A stretch of DNA of 64,000 bases, from NCBI GenBank assembly GCA_964016885.1, contig OZ024740.1, forward strand, positions 248,000,001-248,064,000. The letters are read 5' to 3'. The translations under genes and the position numbers were made by a program. Positions within the stretch are counted from its first letter, which is position 1. Each line of letters opens with the position of its first letter. This DNA is from Eledone cirrhosa. Lineage: Eukaryota. The notes under the pieces are model-generated. The model was not told where the DNA came from, ran no database searches, and saw nothing but the letters and a program-made list of their open reading frames with translations. Shown piece after piece: positions 38,106 to 49,213 of the stretch.

Positions 38106-41100
38106 GTGCAAGAAACTAGATGGAGAGGAGAGTCAGCTAGACTCCTGACAAGCAAAAAATGCTATAAATTTTTTTAGGTGGGAAATGACTATGGCCTGGG
38201 TGGAGCAGGTATTCTATTAGTTAACAATTGGGTAGATAAGACAATCTCTGTGAACAGATTGAACATAAAAATCATTAAACTCAGACTAGTCCTGAATAGA
38301 GCAATAGCTATAATTATATCCACATACACACCCCAATCTGGGTGGTAAGACAAACTCAAGGATAGGGTTTGAGTCCCTAATACACATTACCACTCTAACA
38401 AATGACAATGACTTCCTACTCATTGCAGGGGATTTTAACAGACACGTTGGGAAACACAGTGATGGCTTCTACAGAGATTTTGGAGGCTACGGGTTTGTCA
38501 CAAGAAATGAAGGTTACAGGCTTCTAGAATTCTGCGACGCCAAAGACTTGTCGATATGTAACACAAACATAAAAAATCCCAACAACCACCTGATCACTTA
38601 TAGATCCATGGAGCATACTAGTCAGATAGATTTTATCCTTATCAGAGGATGAGCACAGGAAGTTCCTAAAAAAATAAGCTACTAAGAGCAACAGACGAGA
38701 TCTGGGTGGAGCAAGACTACATGGAGGAGAGTGACTTGGTGGTGGAACAATAAGGTAGATGAGACAATTAAGGCCAAGAGATAGGCATGGAAACAATGGA
38801 AGAAGGGGGAAACAGGGTACACTACATAGAGACCAGGAGGGAAGCTAGACGACAAGTATATTTAGCAAGAAGGGAAGCAGAAGATAAAAAATTCAAGTAT
38901 GTTTCGCAGCATGAGGACCAGAAACAGAAGGTGTTCAGGATTGCGAGGCAGTGCATTAGAGAAAATTGCAATGTCATTAGTGAGAAGTGTGTCCTGGATG
39001 ATAAATATGCACTTGCCCTCACAGGTGCGAGAAGACAGCTGCATGGAAAAGCTATTATGAAAAATTACTGAATAAGGAGGACGCATGGGAGAAAGAGACT
39101 CTACTCCAAACGGACCCCATAGAGGGCCCAGCGGTACAATTCAGCAGCAGTGTAGTAAGGCAATTAAGGATATGAAGACTGGGAAAGCAGCTGTTCCATC
39201 AGGAATAGTTGCTGAGATGCTGAAAGCATCTGGGTCAGTAGGTCACACCATAAGCATACGTTTTGCAAACCAAGTAATACTAGATGGCGTCATACCAAAT
39301 GATTGGCGCAGAAACATCATTGTCAACTGCTACAAGGGTAAAGGAGATGCACTAGATAGAGGAAAATATAGAGGCATCAAACTGATGGACCAGGTAATGA
39401 AAGTAACTGAAAGAGTTATAGCACAGTTGATTAGAGAAAGGGCAAATCTGGATGAGATGCAGTTTGGATTTGTACCAGGCAAAAGCACCACTGATGCGCT
39501 CTTCCTTGTGAGGCAGTTACAGGAAAAGTACCTATCTAAGAGTAAGCCGCTCTACCTGGCATTTGTTGATCTGGAGAAAGCTTTTGACAGCGTACCCAGT
39601 GTCATAATCTGGTGGGCTCTTAGAAAACTAGGAGTAGATGAGTGGCTTGTGAAGGCTGTACAAGCCATGTATAGGGGAGCAGTCAACAAAGTTAGGATCA
39701 ACAATGACTATAACAAGGAATTTAGCATGCAGGCTGGTGTCCACTAAGTCTCTTCTTAGCCTTCTCCTGTTTATTATCGTATTGCAGATATAACAGAGGA
39801 GTTTAAGACGGGCTGCCCATGGGAACTCTTGTATGTGGATGATCTCACATTCCTAGCAGAATATATGGTGGAACTAGAGAAGAAATTCCAAACATGGAAG
39901 CAAGGCCTAGAAACAAGGGGTCTTAAAGTCAACCTGACAAAGACTAAGGTCCTAGTAAGTAGAAGAGAAAACAGAACCCTGATCCCCTTGTGGAAATGGC
40001 CTTGCTCAGTGTGTAGAAAAGGTGTAGATAGAAATTCAATCCTCTGTCCCAAATACAAACTGTAGGTACACAAGAGATGTAGTGGGATCTCAGGAAGTTT
40101 AGCTAAGAATGTAGGTTTATATGTAGCAGTTGCACCGGGACAGTAAGCAGCAAACGACCACAGGAATGAAGCGCTATCAAATTCCAGGAAGGTTCGGTAG
40201 AAGTAGTAGACAGCTTCTGCTACCTCAGTGACCAAATCAGCAGTAGAGGTGGGTGTTCTGAAAGTACAGTAGTCACAGTAAGAACAGGATGGAAAAAGTT
40301 CAGGGAACTACTAACACTGCTAGCTACAAAAGGCTTTTTCTTCAAATTGAAAAGCAGACTGCATGATGCATGCATATGAACAGCAATGTTGCATGGTAGT
40401 GAGGCCTGGGCACACTGTGTGCAGAAGACTTCTGTAGATTGGAAAGAAATGAAGCTTGCATGCTCCGATGGATGTGTAATAGTAATATAGGTGAACGGCA
40501 AAGCATAAACAAACTGAGAGAGAAACTAGGCATAAGAGGAATCAAATGCTGTGTGCAAGAGAGGAGATTACATTGGTGTTGTGGTGAACACCCCTTTGGG
40601 ATTAAAGAAATGGACTCGGCGGTCTGTTATAAATAAGCAACGCATCTCATTGTCAGCAGTTCAGTTGGAGTCTCACTTGAAATTCTCAGGTTATGTAGTC
40701 GGAAGTTACGCCTGAGATAAAATTTTTAGTACCCCTACATCGTAGAAAATATAACCAGTCCAAACGGTTATAAAAGTGATGACAAGGTATTCGAAGCTTG
40801 TGCTGGACTGTGGACTCTTTTTGCATGAAACCAAAGAAAACATAAAATCCTTAGCATGGAGGATTTGTTAGCCCAACAGCAACTCAATTGGAGAATTTGT
40901 GTACAAACCAGACGGTGTTACCTTCGCAGCATATTTCAAAAGATATGAAGAAATCTTCAAGGAAGAATGTCGTGGTTGAAATGACAAAAAGAAAGTATGA
41001 CTACTATTAAGGAAGCGATCCCCTGCCGAACATGAAAAGTATTGTAATTTTATTCTGTCAAAGAAGCCAGGTGAGATTTGTTTCGATGACACAATTGAAA

Positions 41101-42282
41101 TCTTATCGGAAATTTTCAGTGAAAAAAGTTCACTGGTCAATACTCGCTGGCAGTGTTTAAATTTGGTGAAAAAAGATGAAGATTTCATCACCTTTGCTGG
41201 GGTTGTAGATAGAGAATGTGAAATGTTCAAATTAAATGAATTAACCCCAGATATGTTCAAATGTCTAATTTTTGTACAAGAGCTGACTGCTAACAATGAT
41301 GCAGAAATACATTCCCGGATATTAACAAAGTTAGAACAAGACCAAAAATGATCACTGCAAACAGTGGCAGACGAATGCCAGAGGATTGTAAACTTAAGGC
41401 ATGATACAGAAAAAATTGAAGATAGAGATTGTTCATAAATCCATTCGGTTCGACCTAGAATGGATTAGAAAAAAGAAAAACAACAATTGTAAAAACCCAA
41501 TCCATGCTAAGGGTGCAGAGGCTTACATTTTAAAAATGACTGCCCTTACAAAAATTCAAAATGTTATGAGTGTAGAAAAGTTGGACATAAAAGCTTGCAT
41601 TGTAGAGAGAAACAAAAGAGAAAAAGGTCGAACAGTAAAAATTCTGTCAACAAGGTCATATCAACAAAAATCTAAGCGAGGCTCAGAAAAGAAAATTTGC
41701 GCTTGTCAAGTTACAATTGGATAGGAGCAGTGATATCACAATAATTAATGAGGAAACGTGGAGAAAAATTGGGAAGCCCAGGTTAAAAGTAACTTCAAAA
41801 ATCACACGTGATGTCTCAGGAAAAAAGTTGCATTTAAAGGCGAAATGACAAATAATGTGTCATTTCGTGGTAAAACCTTAAAAGCAAAAGTTTTTGTGCT
41901 CAATAACACAACAAATTTATTTGAAACAGACTGAATGGAATCATTTGATTTGTGGAACCTCCCCATAAACTTTTTTTGTGAAAAAGTGAATGCTTTTTTA
42001 CTCCAGCACAAATATGGCATCGGAAATTTAAAAAAAAGAATTACAAAAGGGTTTTCCCGAAGTATTTTTGGAAAAGCTAGGACTTTGCACCAAAACAAAG
42101 GCAAAGTTCCGAGTAAAGGAATATGCTATACTGGTGTTAAAACCAAAATGGAGTGTACCTTTCGCAGTGTTGAAATAAGTTAATGAAGAATCGGATAGAC
42201 TTGAAAAGCTAGGGGTTATTGAAAAAAATTGATTATGCTGAATGGGCATCCCAATAGTTTATGTCAAGGAAAAAAAAAACCC

Positions 42283-42745
42283 TCTCCCATTCAAAGGAGG
42301 TAGATCCCTCATCTGGGACGCCACCTGCTGCGACACATTCTCTGCCTCCAGCTTAGTCACTTCGGCCACAAACCCCTGCATCACAGCCCACCTCACAGAA
42401 GAATGTAAAATAAACAAATACCGGGGTTTGTCCGGCCACTTCCTCTTCACACCGGTCACCGTCGGGACACTCAGGTGTACTTGAACACCATACTGCCGAG
42501 CTCCTCCGCAAAATTGGAACATCGGCGGTCCATCTGAGGTGGCTGTTGCAGCGGGTGTCACTGGCCATCGCCCGCGAGAATGCTTTTGCCGTCTTGTCCG
42601 CAGCGCTTCTGCCGCCTTGCCTTAGGCCCAAATCCCAATCCCCCTTCCCCTTCACATTCTCTTTCTTGTTTCTCTATATTTCTTTATTCTTTCTTTCCTT
42701 TTGTTTCCTTTTTTTTTTTTTACTATTGCCGTTATTATAGTTGTC
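42283..42745 (+). mobile_element. CRE-clade non-LTR 3' fragment (RLE) inside the Gypsy remnant
   Basis: PF.GGRSLIWDATCCDT, E..K..KY, QRVSLAIARENA. Confidence 0.7.
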
Positions 42746-42761
42746 ATTATTATCATCCTTA

Positions 42762-43180
42762 CCTAAGGGCGGTGGATTGGCAGTATCGGTAGAGGGTCGG
42801 ACATCATGCTTTGCAGCAAAGAGTTACAGCCCTTTATGGTCTGAGTTCAAATCCCGCCGAGGTTAACTTTGCCTTTCATCCTTACGAGGTCGATGAAATA
42901 AAGTACCAGTAATGCACTGGGATAATTGCTGGCCTTGTGCCAAAAGTAGAAATAATTATTATCATCCTTATGTAGGGGCGGTGGATTGGCAGTATTGGTA
43001 GAGGGTCGGACCCCATGCTTTGACGCATAGAGTTATGGGCCTTTTCATTCTGAGTTCAAATCCCGCAAGGTTAATTTTGCCTTTCATCCTTACAGGGTCG
43101 ATAAAATAAAGCACCAGTAATGCTCTGGGTAATTGCTGGCCTTGTGCCAAAAAGTAGAAACAATTATTATTATTATTATT
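42762..43180 (+). mobile_element. Two head-to-tail tRNA-SINEs; the first has a 16-bp TSD ATTATTATCATCCTTA
   Basis: Direct repeat at 42746-42761 and 42955-42970. Confidence 0.9.
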
Positions 43181-44639
43181 GTTACTGTAAATACTATCAT
43201 TTTTAAATAAATATGTTTCACAAATTGGCCAGAGATGTGTAAATGTAGAAGACCGGTAACAGTGAATTTTCTACACAAACTTTTTGCAAGGTTTGGTGTC
43301 CCTGACACCAGAGTCTCTGATAACGGTATCCAATTGACTGCAAGTGAATTCAAGAATTTTGCCAAGATGTTCACAATTGACCATATCACTACTCCTCCGT
43401 ATCACCCAAGATTGAACAGACAAGCTGAACGCTTTGTGGACATTAAAAAAACATTAAAAAATCTAACAATGAGGAAGTGGGGGAGATATTGTTACAACAA
43501 TTCCTGGGGGTTTACTGAGTAATGCCAAACCCTCATACTGTTTCAAGCATGTCACCGGCTGAACTGTTGTTTGCCAGAAAAATTAGGTCAGTTTTTGATA
43601 AACTATTTCCGGGACGTAAAATAAAGACCTGGAGAAACACCAATATTACATTCAAATATTTCAAACTTGGTATGGACATGTGATGCATATGAAAGATGGC
43701 AGCTGCATAAAAAGATGCAGAGCGCTCAAAGTCAATGGAAGCCTTGAAGTGGGGAAACACAGGAAAACTTGGAATGAGTTGATAAAAGCTGACCATACCC
43801 AATTGCACCTCTCAAAGGCGATGACACAGGACCAAAATATCTGGTGTTACACAGTGATATAGAAGACCTAACTTCCCATGGGCACAGGCCAAAGCTGAAG
43901 CATATATACACTATACACCACCCCACCTTACTCCAACCTCCTATATATCTCCCATGAGGACAGGCTGAAATGTACATCCAGAGAAGCCCCTCCCCCAGCC
44001 CACACCGTAAAGTGGTCATGTAGATATCACGACAAAAAGGACCCAGTCCAAACTGTAAAGTGGTCATGTAGGTGTCACGACAAAAAGGACCCAGCCCACA
44101 CTGTAAAGTGGTCATGTAGATATCACGACAAAAAACACCCAGTCCAAACTGTAAAGTGGTCATGTAGGTGTCACGACAAAAAGCACCCAATACTGTAAAT
44201 GAGGTTGGCATTACGAAGGGCATACAGCTGTAGAAACCGAGCCAAAATTAGTTCTGTATGAGCAAGACAGGGTCACCTGACCCGGCATTGCTCACAACAG
44301 GACAACTTGTCTAACCCATGCTAGCATAGAAAAACGGATGTTAAACAGTGATGATGATGATGTCTCTCACTCTGTCTATTCCACAGATTCTCTTTCATGA
44401 TACTCTCATCCACTCCACCCATTACCGCCTTTCTTCAACACCTGCTTCACTCCTCTCTAACACATATTAGTTTGTCTCCCCCATTACATGCTCACAATCC
44501 ATGTCTTCTCAACCTTTTCTTTTTCAACCCTATATGGACTCTATAGCAGTTAGTTCCCTTGATTTTCTCATACCCTTTATTTTTTTCATAGACTATTTCT
44601 AGCCTCAACCACTCAAACACTCCCTCCAGTGGCTTCTGT

Positions 44640-45175
44640 GAGAAGCAACCGTCTCCATATGCATCCCTAAGCATGACCGGCCAAGCTCATGGATGTTATC
44701 CAACCATCTTCCTCAGGATCTACTACCGGGTCTTCTACCTGTTGGTTTCACCAGTAAAATCTGTCCAGCGATTCTTTCCTGAGACATTCTAACCACATAT
44801 CTATAGTATCAGACCTGTGATCTCTCATTTCAGAGGAGTAGCGGCTCTACCTGGAGTGACTCTCTGATTTCTGAGCTATGCACTTTATTGAGTAACGTTA
44901 CTTCAAAGAGCCTTTGGGGGAACCCCATTTCAGCCACTTATAATCGTGATCGTATTCTTTCAGTCATTCATGACCATAGGTAAGGGTTGGCATAAAAACT
45001 GATTTAAAGACAGCGAGTTTAGCTTTTACATCTACCTCCTTTCTTTTGATTACTGAATACTGAAGCTGGCGCATTACTCCACCAGCTTTTGCAATTTTTA
45101 CACTTAATTCAGCCTCCTGCCTTCCATCACTTGGATCGCTATTCACATGTAGTGTGCACTGCACAGGCTTCCTTT
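44640..45175 (-). mobile_element. RTE family 2 3' fragment
   Basis: KAKLAVFKSVFMPTLTYGHE; homologous to 25260-25650. Confidence 0.78.
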
Positions 45176-45769
45176 AAATTATTCTCAATTTTAAATACAT
45201 ATTTATTTCCATAAAATACAAAACCAATATCCCTCATAACTCATTTGAACAAATATCTATAACATGATATACCCATCTATTTATTTATTTATTTATTTAT
45301 CTACTTATAAACGAATGAAAAATATTATATTATAAACAAATTTTAAACAATTAATATAAATACACATAATATTAAGATATATATTTACATATAAACATAC
45401 GTAATTGTCCGAATATATTTCCCTCAAATTAACATTATAAGAGTTTTTTTTATTCATCTTCGGTTTTTTCCTTCTTCTCTCTCTCTCACTATTTTGTCCT
45501 TCTTCTCTTCTCTCTTCTTTCTCTCCATAGTCGTTTAAATAAACGGTTGTTTTTCAATTATTTACATATTCACCCATAAGTTTGTAAAATCCATAATACA
45601 TTTCCACTATCCAGAGAATATCCAACTGATAAGGTATGATTTTCCTGGGTATGTCTCTATTTATAAAACAAATTTTGTATTTTATCTGAAGAAAGCGTAC
45701 CAAAGTCTTTTGGTACCCTTGAAATATATATAATAAAATAAATATGGTTTTATAAATATAGTTTCCATT

Positions 45770-46301
45770 TGCCATCACTGACGCTGATAAGAAGGTAGCT
45801 TGGAAGTGTCACTACGAAAGGCTACTAAATGAGGAGAATAATTGGGAGAAAGACAGTCTCCCCCACATCGACCCAATAGAGGGACCAGCAGTGTTAGTAG
45901 AAGGTAGTATAATAAGTAAGGCAATCAAAGATATGAAGACGGGTAAGGCAGCTGGGCCTTCGGAAATAGTTGCTGAGATGCATCTTCAAACTCTCACCAA
46001 CTTTTCTGTAAAGTTATGTGGGTACCACTGTCCAAACTAAAGAGGTTGTGTAGGTGTCACGACAAAAAGCACCCAGTCCACGCTGTAAAGTGGTCGTGTA
46101 GGAGACACGGTAAAAAGGCCCCCAGTCCACACTGTAAATGTGGTTGGTGTTAGGAAGGGCATCCAGCCATAGAAAACCTCCAGATACAGTCCTGTACGAG
46201 CGAGACACAGTCACCCAATCAATCTTGTTTCAAGTGGGTACAATTCCCATCTAACCCATGCTAGTGTGGAAGATAGACGTTAAACAATGATGATGATGAT
46301 G
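45770..46301 (+). mobile_element. Internally deleted RTE family 1 copy with 3' UTR and (GAT)n tail
   Basis: AWKCHYERLLNEEN joined to the 3' UTR repeat. Confidence 0.82.
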
Positions 46302-46358
46302 AATATGCAAATCACTGTATATTCCAGAAAATATCATATATTTTCACTAGCTCTGACA

Positions 46359-46441
46359 GTTGGTAGTTAAACAGTATACAGTACTGATGAAGGATAATAA
46401 CCCAGAAACATTAGTGTTTGCCGTTCTGTTTATATGCCAAC
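46359..46441 (+). ncRNA. Type I hammerhead ribozyme-like fold, copy 1
   Basis: CUGAUGA (46384-46390), short stem II, GAAAC (46405-46409), stem III closing at GUU (46416-46418); stem I pairs GUA/UGC, UAAACAG/CUGUUUA, GUUGGUA/UGCCAAC. Confidence 0.7.
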
Positions 46442-46806
46442 ACAATAGCAAGACTGATGGGGTCATTCTACTGACATGGCTTAAGAGGCTGTTTGCATAA
46501 TTGCAAAATGAATCGAATATCTATATACTACTAAAACTCTATGATTGCTTGCTTGCTTGTCTGTAATGTAATACAGCCAAAAGGGCGCATAATGGGAAAA
46601 TACTTTGAAAAGAGGTTGACCCTGAAATGGGAATACAAATTGAATAAAAGAGGTTTCACATAAATTGGAGCACGGCTTCCCGAGATATGGGGATTTTCCA
46701 GGTAACTTCATAAACACAGAGAGAAAAAGATAGAGAGAAAGAGATAGTGGTTGTGAGAGAGTAGATTGAATGAGAAATAGAGCTGGTGGTGTTGTTGTGT
46801 GTATAT

Positions 46807-49177
46807 TAGGCATATTCCTAAAGTACACTTTTGTTAAAAAAATAAATGAGCATGCCATTTTCAGATGAACTTTTACTAGAAAATACTTGTGAGCATGTTA
46901 AAAAATATTAGAATTTTAAAAAACTCTTGCACAAGGTAGATTCTTTAACATTGATTAACTAATATAGAATTGCATATACAATATACGTGTGTATGTAATA
47001 AAAATATAGTGTGCAATTTAACAATTTATAAAATATAGTATTCTTCTTCAAATTGTTTAATGGATCAACTTTATTGCTTGTTCATCACTTATTTGTCAGT
47101 TTAATCTGTTCATAAAATTCATAAATAGAATAAATTAAAATTTGCGAGGTATATTTATTAATAGATTTTAATATTTATAATTATATTATATTAATATTAT
47201 AAATTTCTGATGTATAAAAATCCAGTTGCTAAAGAGGAAAGTAAAAAGATTTGGGCACAAAATATTTGTCATTTTGAGAAGAGAAAGAAATCTAGGAAAA
47301 CGAAAATTCAAAGTTCATTAATCGAATTATGCAAGCTACCTACTGAGCAACAGATCGTTGATAGATATATCACTCTTGCTGCTGAAGAGAAAAATACCAA
47401 AAATAGAATTAAAATAATTACTGGAGAATGTGAAAGTTTATGGGAAAAGTTCAGCTTTTCAACTATCAACAAACTTTCACTACCTCGAAAAATTGAAAAA
47501 ATAATTTTAAAAAAGGAAAAAGAAGTGAAAAGACCTGGCTCTACGAATTTCAATAATCTGTTTGACATTACAAAAAGATATGGGATATGGTTAGCAGCCG
47601 AAGATTTGTCATTTTATGAAAAGCAAGTTGAGAGTTGTGGAAAGGCTGGGTATACTACAATGAAAATAGACAGTGAAAAGAAATCCATCCTTCTAAGAGA
47701 ATTAAAAACAAAAAATAAGAACTAGATCATGATAAGCCATCCTGCTTATACATTCATCTGGACTCAAATGAAAGTTACAGTGACACCGATACAAATACCA
47801 GCGATTACAAACCTTCAGCTTCACCTTCATCAGAAAAAAACGAAAAAGAGAAAACACAGCTCATGCTGTTAACCTAGTAAGAAATACTAAATTACCTAGT
47901 AAAAAAGCAGCAGCAGTTTGCAACGAATTTAAAAGTGGTTGTATTAAGGTGAGCACCCCGAGTCAGTCGGCAGTGCACAAAGCAGTTATCAGAGGTGAGA
48001 AACTCATGGAAATGTGGAAAAATGAACTCAAAAGGGAAAAATGGAGCCTTCATTTTGATGGAAAACGAATGAGAGACGTAGAATATCAGGTTGTAGTGAT
48101 AAAAAATGATGAGTTACGCCTGAGGCCGATGGCATTAACCAATGGAAAGGCTCTTACTATATTTAATGGATTGAAAGAAGTTATTGACAAATATGAACTG
48201 TGGGAATCTATCGTGATGATAGTCTCCGACACAACTAGTGTCAATACCGGCAAAAAGGCAGGAGTTATTGCCATGCTCAACAGTGAGTTCGCGCATCGCG
48301 GTTACAGCAAGCCATTATATGTTGGATGCCAGCACCACATTTTAGACAGTGCATTGAAAGTTTATTTTGATCAACTATATAGTAGCAAAACAACTTCGCC
48401 ATATATCAATTATTACTTTGTTGAGGCCATTTTAAAGAACTATGACGAACTGAAGCAGAACTTTTCAAATGGAACGATGGAAATTAATGAAACCCTGCCA
48501 CGCTGGAGAAGTGACATGGATTGCCTTCAGCATCTCATGATAGCCGTGCAACATTTCTTTGAAAACGGTGCGTTTCCTAAAATAAATTTTAAGAAATTAC
48601 CTAATTTGCACAATGCTCGTTGGAATAGCTGAGCAATTTATTTGTTGCTTGTGTTTATTTTGATGCCTGATGAACGAGCGAAGCTGCGCGCTGGTGCAAA
48701 ATACATCTGCGGAATGTGGGGGAAAATGTGGTTCGCAAGTCAACTGTATAGAGCTGACAGCAAGCAGAAACTCATTGACCAACTAATTAAGGCCAAGTGT
48801 GAAAAGGCTGCAAACACCGTCAGAAAATTTTGGTCTAATGAAGAATCTCCAATTGTGATGCAACGCTCGAACATTTGCGCTGAGCGAGCTGTAAAAGTTG
48901 TGCAGGACCTTTTGTCATTTTGTAAAAGTAGTAGAACCTTAGAGATTAAATTTGGCTTAACTAAAAATTAAAATAAATTTTTTATTGTCATAATTTATTG
49001 TTTTAGGTATTTATTTTATGGGACTGGTTAATTACCAAAAAATTAAAAATATAATTTAGAATGTGCAAGAATTTTTTTCAAAATTTACAAAAAAACTACT
49101 GTAATTCTTTCTTTATGACAAAAACCTCATTAGAAAATAGCATGCTCATATGGGGCTGTAAAAAAGTCATATGCCTA
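46807..49177 (+). mobile_element. hAT-superfamily DNA transposon (hATm-like), full length, transposase with frameshifts and a stop
   Basis: TIR TAGGCATAT, imperfect subterminal inverted repeats (ATGAGCATGC.ATTTTC), exact 8-bp TSD GTGTATAT; LHFDGK, SDTTSVNTG, CQHHILD, HNARW, N.CAERAVK. Confidence 0.9.
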
Positions 49178-49213
49178 GTGTATATATATATGTGAGTGTG
49201 TGTATGTATATAT

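Larger units (their letters stand above)
40577..43666 (+). mobile_element. Gypsy LTR retrotransposon remnant, internally deleted
   Basis: TG-start LTR-like segment, gag with knuckle, protease QLD.SSDIT, integrase LFARFGVPDTRVSDNGIQL..PPYHP..N.QAERFV. Confidence 0.83.
38110..44362 (+). mobile_element. RTE LINE (family 1), split by a Gypsy insertion (RTE parts 38110-40576 and 43667-44362)
   Basis: GDFN.HVG, RT ORF 39085-39747, YVDDL; 'ERRLHW|YGHVMHM' is split across the insertion; (GAT)n tail. Confidence 0.9.

Noticed and set aside
43995-44190. CRISPR-like regular repeats
   Set aside because: Contiguous 48-bp units without unique spacers, inside an RTE 3' UTR, eukaryotic context, no cas genes.
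45180-45770. AT-rich segment with short minus-strand ORF 45554-45778
   Set aside because: No recognisable domain or splice-compatible ERMP1 sequence; the neighbouring exons already join in frame.
47210-48971. Domesticated transposase gene
   Set aside because: Frameshifts and a stop are present, and TIR/TSD are intact, so it is a decayed transposon.
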